Below are positions 19,501-28,199 of a stretch of 64,000 nucleotides of DNA, one piece after another. The notes beneath the pieces were generated by a model, which was not told the DNA's origin, made no database searches, and saw only the letters and a list, made by a program, of their open reading frames with translations. The stretch's first letter is position 1. Every line of letters starts with the position of its first letter. The position numbers and the translations under genes are program-made. This DNA is from Gemmatimonadales bacterium (GTDB lineage: Bacteria > Gemmatimonadota > Gemmatimonadetes > Gemmatimonadales > Gemmatimonadaceae), in assembly GCA_038203205.1 (NCBI GenBank), contig JBBREF010000003.1, forward strand, positions 10,621 to 74,620, in the 5' to 3' direction.

Positions 19501-19833
19501 AAGCCTAAGTGATTGACCAAGGCCGACATTGACGTCTGATTCGGATTTTGGCTCGAACCCCAGCGATGTCACCGTGACTCTGTAGGGGCCGCCAACTCGC
19601 ATGTTGGGCAGGTTGTACCGCCCACTCGACGTCACTGACCCCCGGTACTGCGTGCCGCTCGGCATGTGTGTAGCGACAACATTGGCAGTGGAGATCGGCG
19701 CGCCCTGATCGTTGCTTACGATTCCCGTGAGGGAGGCGGTTGTTACACCCTGTGCCGGAAGTAGGGCCGGCGCTGACAGCAGAGCAAGAGCAAGAGTGTT
19801 TCGGATAACGGTCTGAACGCAATTCGCTTGCAC
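16588..19833 (-). CDS. TonB-dependent receptor (Oar-like, carboxypeptidase-regulatory N-domain)
   Basis: Signal peptide, N-terminal transthyretin-like domain, GGFTGANINTVTKSGTN, SPRLGFNW, C-terminal RAQLGVR; GGAGG RBS. Confidence 0.93.
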   Translation of the reverse strand: MQANCVQTVIRNTLALALLSAPALLPAQGVTTASLTGIVSNDQGAPISTANVVATHMPSGTQYRGSVTSSGRYNLPNMRVGGPYRVTVTSLGFEPKSESDVNVGLGQSLRLDFRLTRQALELTGVTVTAERDEVLNAGRTGASTRVGEARVAVTPSIKRSTRDLTKLDPRSDGNMSFAGKNWLYNNISLDGSYFNNPYGLDDPAPGGQTNAEPVPYDAVAELQVSLAPFDVREGGFTGANINTVTKSGTNDFRATAYTFARNDAFQGNTVSGTKVVANPDLSYNQSGASISGALIRDKLFYYVNGEIERTTDPGSNFIARTGGASGLGVSRVEASVMDRIRERMISGYGYDPGPYQGYFFHTDNDKIIGKLDWNMASNQTLSFRVNYLNAKRDLGPHPFVLSFGNTGRGPNESSLPFYNSGYAINNDLTSLALEHNSRWTKFANRFFASYNRFRDAREPFSEDFPTIDIGEAGVTYTTLGHEPFSINNILDQDVLQLTNNLSYFRGKHVFTVGTNFESFDFFNSFNIFRHGVFFLPAFIPVGSQFGSLDEFFASTTGANKKNFASMIGTGPTKGENIHVGQLSFYAQDEMLATDRLKLTYGLRVDFPMYFTDPVDNPFSRGLTALDENRQAEVVDQSRLPDSKPIFSPRLGFNWNAAGNRSTQIRGGTGIFTGRVPFVWVGNVISNPGANPNLAPPNAPIATKHGSVLAPSFDVNAMDPDFEWPQSWTTDIGIDQQLPWGMLGTAEVMYSKDLKGVYVRNADLRAPVRTLPDGRPYYGGFGNNELNSDGGAGIYVIDNTDDGYSFNFTGQLRKTLTPNAEASLGYSYNDARNSLRSSEIASVLWSSQPNSGDPNRPERSYSEFGQRHRFILSASYSRSWSERFRTQVGIFGELAEGNRFAGAGGNRYSFIYAGDVNGDGQAGNDLIYIPRDAGDILIEPLTSGGQTVSAADQWSRLNAFIEQDDYLSSNRGRIAERAGAVNPWYQNIDLRVLQDINFSRSGQKHGFQVTLDVLNVANLLSSDWGVRKVASSAATSPLSLARFNSAGAPVFNFIGPATTFVDDPGLFSRWRAQLGVRVLYNR

Positions 19834-19995
19834 GACAGCCTCCGTGATTCATGGTGGGAGACGGACCATGGGTGTTTCACGTATCCAGATAACGATCGCG
19901 ATCAAACGGTAGCGGAAACATCCTTAGCGTCAAGCGCCAACTCTATTCCCCAGGAGTTTCCAGCCGCCCTGCAACCTGGAAAGCGGCGCTCGAGC

Positions 19996-22900
19996 TCAGT
20001 CTCTCCAGGTCTGCTTCGGCGCCGGCACCGTGTGATTTCCGATCTGGGCCATATTGCTGGCGTCGAAGATTCGCCCATTCACCATCACGTACCGAATCGT
20101 ATTTGTGTTCTTGATATCGGTGAGCGGATTGCCATCGAGTACCAGGAGGTCCGCAAGCTTGCCGTTCGCCAGGGATCCTATCTCGTCGTCGAGTCCCAGT
20201 GCCCGCGCACCACTCAATGTCGCGGTACGAAGAGCTTCATGGTTCGACATGCCGCCCATCTGCATCATCCACGTCTCCCAGTGCAGGCCCATCCCGTCGA
20301 GCTGACCATGCGCGCCGGTCGAGATCACCACACCGCGGTCGCTCAGCTTCTTCGCAACTCGCGATACGTCGACGAAGAAATAATCGTCGAGGGCAGCAGA
20401 TGTCCGGCGGCGTGAGCGCGCATCTATCTGGCCGCGGGGATGAAAATACTGAAGCTTTGCATTCTCCCAGACGTTGGTAGTCTGGTACCAGTAAATCTCC
20501 CCCATCATGCCGGCATAGTTCACGATCAGAGTCGGCGTGTATGCCGTCTTCGACTCGGAGATCAGCCGCAGCATATCCTCGTACAACGGCGCAACGGGAA
20601 TGTTGTGCTCGAGCGTGGTATGACCGTCGAGAAACATCGTGGTGTTGACCGCGAACGTCGATCCACCCTCTGGCACAACGAGCATCCCCAGCTGGCGGGC
20701 TGCCTCGAGAATCTGCTGGCGCGCATCGCGACGCGGCTGGTTGTAGCTCTTCACACTGAACGCGCCAACTGCCTGCATGCGCCGCAAGTGGGTCAGCGCT
20801 TCTTCGAACGATGTAGTGATGGCCTTCGCGCCACCCTCTGCACCGTACAGAATAGTGCCTGTCGAAAACAGTCTTGGCGCCAGAATGTCGCCTGCGCGCG
20901 CAGTCTCCGACGTCGAGAAAATCATCGTCGTTTCGTTTGACGGATCGTGCATCGTCGTCGTCCCGAAAGCCAGACTCACGAGGAACGACCAGTTCGTCCG
21001 CGGCGCGATTCCATTCGATCCGCCGCTGATGTGCGCGTGAGCATCCACCATCCCCGGCATGATGTACTTGCCGTTTACGTCGATCACCTTGAAGTCGCTT
21101 CCGTAACGGATCGTCTTGCCGTCTCCCACATACGTGATGCGATTGCGGTCAATCAGGATTGTGGCATTCGGAATCACTTCCTCGCCGTTCATCGTGATCA
21201 CCGTCGCTCCGACGAGTGCAATCTTTCCAGTTGGACGATCAGCCTCCGCCCTGAACCCGATCGGAATGCCCTTCGCCTCCGGATCTTTCCTTACCGTCGT
21301 GGTATCAGGCGTCTCGAATGCAAACGTCGCGCTGATATCGCGCTGAAAGAGCTCGGGGCCGAGTGCCCAGTATACGCGGCGGGAGTCTGCCGACCAGTTC
21401 AGGTATGTTCCAGCATCGCGCGATATGCGACGCGCCGGGAAGTCGGTGACGTTGGTGCTTAAGTCCACGGCTTTTCCTGTAAGCGGCAGCGGGGCGACAT
21501 ACGCGTTGAAGCGCTCTATCCACGCGACGAACTTTTCGTCGGGGGACGGCACGAACTCAGTCGCATTTTCAGCAAGAAGGTGAACCCGACGGTCACCGCC
21601 CGTGAGATTGACACTGAAAAGAGCGGCCTTCTGGGCTTCATTGCCAACAAGGAAGATGCGATTTCCGTCCCTGTTGAAGCGCGGAGTGTTTCCCTGCTCA
21701 GTTACAAGACGTGGATCACCTCCGGACGCGGGGACGATATAGACACCACGATCCTGCGCGTAAAGCTGCGAGCGGAGACCGTCCCCGCCGATACGCCTGT
21801 AGACGACTTGTCTGCCATCTCTCGAGAATTTCGGTTCCACATAGTGCCCGAGCTTCGACGTGAGCTTGCGACCGTTCCGCCCATCCACGCCGACGGTGCG
21901 GACGGATCCCATCTCCTCATCGTGCCACGAGGCGTAAAGCAGGGTACGCCCGTCAGGCGACCACGATGGGAAAAGCTCGAAATTCTTCGAGTCGTCAGTT
22001 ACACGGCGAGGCGTGCCATTCGGAAGATCCTTCACATAAAGCTTGCCGAGCGAGGTGTAGACGACGCGGCGCTGGTCGGGAGAGACCGTTACCCATCGAA
22101 GCATTTTTACGTCGAACGTGTCCGGCGCAACCTGCTGCTTGCTGCGCACGGCATCGGTAATCGTCTGGCTGATGCGCGCCGTGAATGGAATGTTCGTGGG
22201 GCGACCCGACGCAACGTCGATTGAATTGATCTTGCCGCCCGCCCAGATCACGATCGACTTGCCATCGGCGGTCCAGTCATAACCCGGGTATGTGCCGTAG
22301 ATCGCCCATGCTTCCTGCTGGTCATGATCGAGCGCATCCCAGACCTGCCGCTCGCGTCCACTCTCGAGGTCGCGCGTCCAGAGCACACTCTTCAGTCCCA
22401 CCCGGCGTACGAAAGCCATGGTCTTTCCGTCAGGAGAGAGCTGCGGCCGCAGCGCGCTGCCTGCACCGCCGATGACCGTCGTACGCTCACCAGTCTCCCG
22501 GTCAAAGCGCTGCACGACATAGATCTGTCCGTGCGCGTCGCGGTTGTACTGAAAGCCGCCGCCAGGTGATACGTCTTCAGTGAAGTAGACATAGCGGCCA
22601 TCCGGCGAGACGATCGGCTCAGTTGCGTTCTGTTCCCAGTTGCGGCGGTCGGTGAGCTTGAGCCCGTTTCCGCCTGAAGTGTGGTAGAGCCACATCTCTC
22701 CTGCGCCAAGCGATCGTGTGTTCCGGAAGTGTTTCCGGTTGACGAGGAATTGCCCGTCGGGCGTCCACGCCGGATTCGATACCTCGCGCTCGCGATCATT
22801 GCTGACCTGTCGCAGGTCCTTGCCGGTAATGTCTGCTGTCCACACGTTCGTGATACCACCGCGGTCAGAAGCAAATGCGATCCGCTTCCCGTCAGGCGAG

Positions 22901-23232
22901 AAGCGCGGCTGCATCTCGTATGCTGCTCCGCCAAGTATGAGTGTGGCGTTGCCGCCGGTGATCGGGATCGTGTAGATGTCGCCGACGAGATCGAAGACTA
23001 TGGTCCGGCCGTCGGGTGAAACATCGAGATGCATCCACGTTCCCTCGGTCACGTCATACTCGATCGCTTTCGACGTTGCCCGTTTTGCCATCACGTCCCA
23101 CTTGGCCGGAATCGCTGTGCTCGCAGTCGGAGCAGCGCCACCCGATGGCGGGTTCGGTGGCGGTGGCGTCGGGTCCTGGGCAGCGAGCGGAAGGGCGACG
23201 GCTAACGCGGTGAGAACCAGGGATTTGTTCAT
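19996..23232 (-). CDS. PD40/TolB beta-propeller plus amidohydrolase fusion protein
   Basis: Repeated P.FSPDG motifs; MPGMVDAHAH, VKSYNQPRR, GAHGQ and GKLADL. Confidence 0.93.
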   Translation of the reverse strand: MNKSLVLTALAVALPLAAQDPTPPPPNPPSGGAAPTASTAIPAKWDVMAKRATSKAIEYDVTEGTWMHLDVSPDGRTIVFDLVGDIYTIPITGGNATLILGGAAYEMQPRFSPDGKRIAFASDRGGITNVWTADITGKDLRQVSNDREREVSNPAWTPDGQFLVNRKHFRNTRSLGAGEMWLYHTSGGNGLKLTDRRNWEQNATEPIVSPDGRYVYFTEDVSPGGGFQYNRDAHGQIYVVQRFDRETGERTTVIGGAGSALRPQLSPDGKTMAFVRRVGLKSVLWTRDLESGRERQVWDALDHDQQEAWAIYGTYPGYDWTADGKSIVIWAGGKINSIDVASGRPTNIPFTARISQTITDAVRSKQQVAPDTFDVKMLRWVTVSPDQRRVVYTSLGKLYVKDLPNGTPRRVTDDSKNFELFPSWSPDGRTLLYASWHDEEMGSVRTVGVDGRNGRKLTSKLGHYVEPKFSRDGRQVVYRRIGGDGLRSQLYAQDRGVYIVPASGGDPRLVTEQGNTPRFNRDGNRIFLVGNEAQKAALFSVNLTGGDRRVHLLAENATEFVPSPDEKFVAWIERFNAYVAPLPLTGKAVDLSTNVTDFPARRISRDAGTYLNWSADSRRVYWALGPELFQRDISATFAFETPDTTTVRKDPEAKGIPIGFRAEADRPTGKIALVGATVITMNGEEVIPNATILIDRNRITYVGDGKTIRYGSDFKVIDVNGKYIMPGMVDAHAHISGGSNGIAPRTNWSFLVSLAFGTTTMHDPSNETTMIFSTSETARAGDILAPRLFSTGTILYGAEGGAKAITTSFEEALTHLRRMQAVGAFSVKSYNQPRRDARQQILEAARQLGMLVVPEGGSTFAVNTTMFLDGHTTLEHNIPVAPLYEDMLRLISESKTAYTPTLIVNYAGMMGEIYWYQTTNVWENAKLQYFHPRGQIDARSRRRTSAALDDYFFVDVSRVAKKLSDRGVVISTGAHGQLDGMGLHWETWMMQMGGMSNHEALRTATLSGARALGLDDEIGSLANGKLADLLVLDGNPLTDIKNTNTIRYVMVNGRIFDASNMAQIGNHTVPAPKQTWRD

Positions 23233-23290
23233 CGGATCCGAGAAGTTGTCGTGGGACAGCTACTACTATAGATAGAGATGCGGTGGTAAC

Positions 23291-23320
23291 AGCGCTTATT
23301 AGTATTGTTATGTTACTAAT
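23291..23320. other. dif-like XerC/XerD site overlapping an ATTAGTA-N9-TACTAAT palindrome
   Basis: AGCGCTTATTA-GTATTG-TTATGTTACTA versus E. coli dif GGTGCGCATAA-TGTATA-TTATGTTAAAT (6/11 and 8/11 arm identity); intergenic and AT-rich. Confidence 0.4.
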
Positions 23321-23431
23321 TCGATGCCGAGTCGAAATTCAAAAATACAGCGTGGCGCAGAGGCTGGCTGGGCCGATGGCTCGCGCTCAGGTTTAATCCA
23401 ATTCCGTTGCCAACCTGGCGAGGTGGTTCAA

Positions 23432-23938
23432 TTGCTCAACAGACCTGTAATGCTCCTGCTCCTGCTTCTGGCATTGATCGCGACCCCTACTGCGATGCTT
23501 GCTCAGACTGCTTCCGCGACCGCTGCTATTGACTCGACATTGAATGAGTTGCACGACGCGGCGGCGAAGGCCGATGGAAGTCGATATTTCAGGCTCTTTA
23601 CCGACGACGCGATCTACATCGGCAGTGACGCGAGTGAGCGCTGGACGCTGATGGAGTTTCGTGGTTTCGCCGAGCCGTATTTCGCGAAGGGAACGGGGTG
23701 GGTATACCGTCCGCGCTCTCGGAACATCGTCATTGCCGATGTTCCCTGCGGCTGCGTCGCGTGGTTCGACGAGTTGCTGGACAGTGAAAGTTATGGAACC
23801 AGCAGGGGGACCGGGGTCGTCGTCAAACAGAACGGACGGTGGAGAATCTCGCAGTACGCGCTCACGTTTCCGATTCCCAACGACATTGCGAAGGGAATAA
23901 CTGACGAGATCAGGAAGTTCGAATCATTAAAAAAATAG
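23432..23938 (+). CDS. Exported NTF2-like (SnoaL_3) protein
   Basis: Signal peptide; LHDAAAKAD, IGSDASERW, VAWFDELL, RGTGV and WRISQY. Start may be 23432 (TTG) or 23450 (ATG). Confidence 0.88.
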   Translation: MLNRPVMLLLLLLALIATPTAMLAQTASATAAIDSTLNELHDAAAKADGSRYFRLFTDDAIYIGSDASERWTLMEFRGFAEPYFAKGTGWVYRPRSRNIVIADVPCGCVAWFDELLDSESYGTSRGTGVVVKQNGRWRISQYALTFPIPNDIAKGITDEIRKFESLKK

Positions 23939-25399
23939 TCATCCCCGGCGCCTCGACGACAGGATCGTAACGATCGAGAACAGCCGCACGACGATATCGA
24001 TCGATGCTATGCCTATAAGCCAGTACGCAATGTCGGGTAGCGACTGCAACGCCTGGCCCCATGGTAGACCAATCACCATGGGAAGCCCAATCAGCAGCGC
24101 AATCGGAACGAGCAGGCCAAGCGCCGCCTTTGTCAGCGCGCTCGCGTTTCGCGCGGGTTGCGATTGGCGACTCCGCCATGCGATCATAGCCTGCCGGACC
24201 TGGTTGTAAGACAGGAGTAACACAACGGCGGCTATGACCAGATAGACGAGCTTGAATCGCGATCCCGGCGAAGGGAGTGGCTCGCCGGCGAGATAAGCGC
24301 CGATGTTGTCGGCAATGCGGTGACTTGCTGGGGAGATCGGCAGTGCGCTCGAGACATTCGTGAGGAGGACCACGCCCCACCTCTGGGCCGGAAGCATTAC
24401 CATCTTGCCGCGGAAATGCGGAACGATTCCGCCGTGATGTACCGCTATCGCACCGTTGCCGCCGCGACTGATCCGCCATCCCATACCGTAATCGAACCCG
24501 TCAGCTTCGATTCCCGGCTGATGCATCTGCGCGACGGAAGGCGCGGAAAGCACGGAAGTACCTGCGTAATTGCCGCTGTTCAGCTGAGCGATCAGAAAAT
24601 TCCCGAGATCCGCTGCACTGCTGATGATCGAAGCAGTTGGCAGCCTGTCCGCCTCGTGGCGAAGCGTGACAGGACGTGGTATGCCGAACCAGTAACGATG
24701 ACCTTGTGACAACCCCCCACGAAGCGCGGCATCCTGATCCAAGTAAGTCTTCCGCATGCCCAGGGGAGTAAACACGTTCGCTTGCACGTAGTCACCGAAT
24801 GAAATCCCCGTCACTCTTTCGATTATCGCCCCAAGCACGAGATAGTTCGGACTCGAGTATTCATGCTTCGAACCGGGCGGGTTGTTCAGCTTGACTCCAG
24901 ACAGCGCCTCTACATGGGTGGCAACGCTCAGCGAGTCACCTGAGCCACGCGGCGCCTTGCCCGGGATTCCACTCGTGTGGTTCAGCAGCTGGCGAATTGT
25001 AATCCGCGCAGATGCCGCGGAATCCGCAACGCGAAACTCCGGGAGGTAACGTTTAGCGGGAGAATCGAGATCGATGCGCCCCTGATCAACCAGCTGCATG
25101 ACAGCAAAGGCAGTGAACGCCTTGCTCATCGACCCGATGACGAACGGAGTCTGTGGTGTTATGTCCTGCCCAGCGCCATCGTTCCCATAGCCGCGCGCGT
25201 ACACGATCTTCGCTCCGCGCACGATCGCCAGGGAGGCACCGGGCACGTTCTCGCTGTCAAGTTCTTCCAGAACGTATTTGTCGATCGCCGCGAAATCTGG
25301 TTCAAATGCCGAGCCTTGCGTGCCCGAAGTCGCGCTCGCATCCCGGCCTCCCCCCAGCATAAGAAGGATTAGACCGGCGGAAAGGGTCGACTTGATCAC
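23939..25399 (-). CDS. Beta-lactamase-fold serine hydrolase with C-terminal TM helices
   Basis: GSMSK (SxxK), LLNHTSG, YSSPNY and HHGG; three hydrophobic C-terminal segments; GTG start inferred. Confidence 0.88.
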   Translation of the reverse strand: MIKSTLSAGLILLMLGGGRDASATSGTQGSAFEPDFAAIDKYVLEELDSENVPGASLAIVRGAKIVYARGYGNDGAGQDITPQTPFVIGSMSKAFTAFAVMQLVDQGRIDLDSPAKRYLPEFRVADSAASARITIRQLLNHTSGIPGKAPRGSGDSLSVATHVEALSGVKLNNPPGSKHEYSSPNYLVLGAIIERVTGISFGDYVQANVFTPLGMRKTYLDQDAALRGGLSQGHRYWFGIPRPVTLRHEADRLPTASIISSAADLGNFLIAQLNSGNYAGTSVLSAPSVAQMHQPGIEADGFDYGMGWRISRGGNGAIAVHHGGIVPHFRGKMVMLPAQRWGVVLLTNVSSALPISPASHRIADNIGAYLAGEPLPSPGSRFKLVYLVIAAVVLLLSYNQVRQAMIAWRSRQSQPARNASALTKAALGLLVPIALLIGLPMVIGLPWGQALQSLPDIAYWLIGIASIDIVVRLFSIVTILSSRRRG

Positions 25400-25427
25400 G
25401 GCAATCTCATACTGCCTTCCCGCCGAA

Positions 25428-28013
25428 TCAGGGCGACCTTCCGTCAGGGTCCAGAATCGTATCAATCCGATCCACAACATCCAGCCAATGCGCGCGCGCA
25501 ACTGTCGCCTCTCCGGAAAGCGCGGCCGATCTCCGAGCACTTTCGCGAATCGACTTCAACTGACTCCGCACGACTGCCGGAACATCACTCCGGCTCACAT
25601 TTGGAACTGCCAGAAACGGAGATGGAACGGCTGCGGCCGCCGCACCCGCTGCCGCTGAGGTTGCCGGCGGATTGAGCAGCGCAGCCATCCGCTCGAGGTA
25701 AACGCGCTGCACGGCACGCCTCCAGGCATCGAGTTGAGACGCTGAAGATCCGGCGGCCCACACGACTCTCCGAAGATCGCTCAGATATTCCGCCGGTGAG
25801 TATGCTCCCTGTCCACCAAATGCAGCGCTGCCTTCGAGCCGGGCAAGCCGTCGCGAGTCGAGCAGCATATTCAACAATGTCGCCTGACGCGTAGCGACCG
25901 ACGTCGCCCCAACCGGCGGACCGATTCTGGATAATATCGACGGAGGTGCAAGCCAATCCGGAGACTCGAAAACCTCTCTGCCAAGGAACGCCAAAGCGGC
26001 CTTCTGGCGCGATGCAGGAACCGGAATGAAAACAGAGCCAGGCTGATCCGAAGTACGGGGTTCGATCGTCACACCGCCAACAAGCGATGCCACATGCCCC
26101 ATATACATGCCCCAGATCCCAAGGGTCTCACCATATATCTCGGCGAGATCCCGATAGTCCTCACCCGCCTTGCCTGTCCACTGTACAAGATTGGGGACCA
26201 CCCGCTTCAGGTTCGCAATCGCATACGTCGATGCCGCGACAGGATCGTCGCCGATGTCTTCTGTCTGAGAACGCGGATCGATGCCTGACAGATACTGCGG
26301 CAAATACCTATACGCCATCGGACCTGCCTGCTCAGCAAGCATCCGGTTCAGGGTCGATCTCTCTGCCTCGGCGGTTGCTGCTGCGGGAAAAACCCGGTAT
26401 CCCCAGTTGATTATGAAATCGTCGAATGGGCCGAGGCGCCTGATGTAGTCCTTCGGCTCGAGACCGTCGCCTGGCTGAGCCACGTAGTTCTGACGAGCGT
26501 AGTCCATTATCGTCGCCGACACGCCGTAGCGATTTACGAACGACTTGCTTCGCAACGAATCGACAGGAAACGATGCCGACGCAATCATGTTGTGAGGAAG
26601 CCCAATCGCGTGACCGACCTCGTGAGTGATGACCTTTCTCATGGTCTCGCCCATCAGATCTTCGGGGATCTCGAGCGACCGGGCAGCAGGATTCGACGCG
26701 CCGGTCTCGATCAGGAGTCGATTGCGATATGATCTCATGTGGTTGTGATACCACGTGATGTCGCTCTCGATTATTTCACCCGTGCGCGGGTCTGACGTAC
26801 TTGGCCCCACAGCATTCCTCACTGTGCTCGCCGCCCACCTCACTACCGAATACCTGATATCCTCCGAATCCCAGTCAGGATCCTCGGCTGCGGACGGCGC
26901 ATCGCGTGCAACTATCGCGTTCTTGAAACCGGCCTTTTCGAACACTGCCTGCCAATCCTCGATTCCCAGCCGCACATAAGGCCGCCATTTGGCAGGCGTC
27001 GCGGGATCCAGATAATAGACGATGGGTTTCACTGGTTCTACGAGCTCTCCGCGCGCATATGCCGCTGGATCTTTCGGCTCCAGTCTCCACCGCCTGATGA
27101 ACGTCTGCTCGGCAGCCTTCTGCTCGTCGAGGCCGTAGTTGATTCTGGACACAGTGAAAAATCCGGCGCGGGCGTCCGCATATCTGGGACGCATCGGCGA
27201 CCTTGGCAGAAGCACTATCGACTGTCGCATCTCGAGTGAGATCGCGCCGCTGCTGGCATCACCTGGCGGCTCGCCGGCCTCGAACGTCTGAGTGTGACGG
27301 ACTTCGATATTCATCGGGAACGACTTGACTGCACTGACGAAGCTTCGTGCCGGATCGAGGCGCCGCACCTGATATTGCCGGCGCTGCGCTCCGCTCAATC
27401 CCGAGATGCCAGGGGTGTCGCCGCCGAAAAAATCAGTGACATCGAGAACGAAACTCGCGCTGTCGCGGCCGAATGCCTGAATCGGGAAGGCGGCGAGAAT
27501 CGCCCCTACATTGTTACTCGCAACTGAGATCGCGATCGGCAACGAATCGTCGGCATATGCACCCACGCTCAGGCTGCGAAGCACGATGCGGTCGGCATGC
27601 CGCTCCCAGCGCACGAGTCGTTCCTCAACGGACTGACCGGCAGAGAGAAAGCCTCCGATGTTCGCCGGTACTCCAGCGACGCGGCTCACGAAGAGCATAT
27701 CGCGTCCGACAAGCGAGTCGGGAACCTCGAAGAACCATCGATCTTCGACGCGGTGCGTGGTGATACCGCCTGCATCGGTGATCGCGCGGTCGGTAATCAC
27801 CTGCCGGTACGGCCGGGGACGCCTTGCACCAGATGCAGGCTGCGGAGCAGTTGCAGCCGGTTGGGCGGTTGTTGACGCCTGTTGCACCGGAGCCGGCGGT
27901 TTCGGTTTGGCGCTCGCTGACGCACACGATGTAAGAATTGGGGCGACTGCGAGTGCCGACATGGCCGCGAGCCGGGCGATTTGGCGATTCCTGATTCTGG
28001 TTGTGGCTGGCAT
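25428..28013 (-). CDS. Zinc-dependent metalloprotease (DUF5118/DUF5117/DUF4953, EcxA-like), probable lipoprotein
   Basis: HEVGHAIGLPHN zincin motif, TIMDY Met-turn-like motif, DPRTGEIIESD; start trimmed to ATG 28013. Confidence 0.92.
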   Translation of the reverse strand: MPATTRIRNRQIARLAAMSALAVAPILTSCASASAKPKPPAPVQQASTTAQPAATAPQPASGARRPRPYRQVITDRAITDAGGITTHRVEDRWFFEVPDSLVGRDMLFVSRVAGVPANIGGFLSAGQSVEERLVRWERHADRIVLRSLSVGAYADDSLPIAISVASNNVGAILAAFPIQAFGRDSASFVLDVTDFFGGDTPGISGLSGAQRRQYQVRRLDPARSFVSAVKSFPMNIEVRHTQTFEAGEPPGDASSGAISLEMRQSIVLLPRSPMRPRYADARAGFFTVSRINYGLDEQKAAEQTFIRRWRLEPKDPAAYARGELVEPVKPIVYYLDPATPAKWRPYVRLGIEDWQAVFEKAGFKNAIVARDAPSAAEDPDWDSEDIRYSVVRWAASTVRNAVGPSTSDPRTGEIIESDITWYHNHMRSYRNRLLIETGASNPAARSLEIPEDLMGETMRKVITHEVGHAIGLPHNMIASASFPVDSLRSKSFVNRYGVSATIMDYARQNYVAQPGDGLEPKDYIRRLGPFDDFIINWGYRVFPAAATAEAERSTLNRMLAEQAGPMAYRYLPQYLSGIDPRSQTEDIGDDPVAASTYAIANLKRVVPNLVQWTGKAGEDYRDLAEIYGETLGIWGMYMGHVASLVGGVTIEPRTSDQPGSVFIPVPASRQKAALAFLGREVFESPDWLAPPSILSRIGPPVGATSVATRQATLLNMLLDSRRLARLEGSAAFGGQGAYSPAEYLSDLRRVVWAAGSSASQLDAWRRAVQRVYLERMAALLNPPATSAAAGAAAAAVPSPFLAVPNVSRSDVPAVVRSQLKSIRESARRSAALSGEATVARAHWLDVVDRIDTILDPDGRSP

Positions 28014-28199
28014 TCGTAAAGAATGCAGCGTGCGCGCCGCCGATGAAAGTCGCACCCGCAGTCGCTCGGGCCACTGCCATTGCAGAATGACCCGCTCGGG
28101 TTGAGCTTCTTCCCGTGTCTGCAAAGCATGATGATGCATTTTCGGAGCCTCGCCGCCTTCGCGAAGAAACTGCGGGGCCGATGCAGTGAAGGTCTCCAT

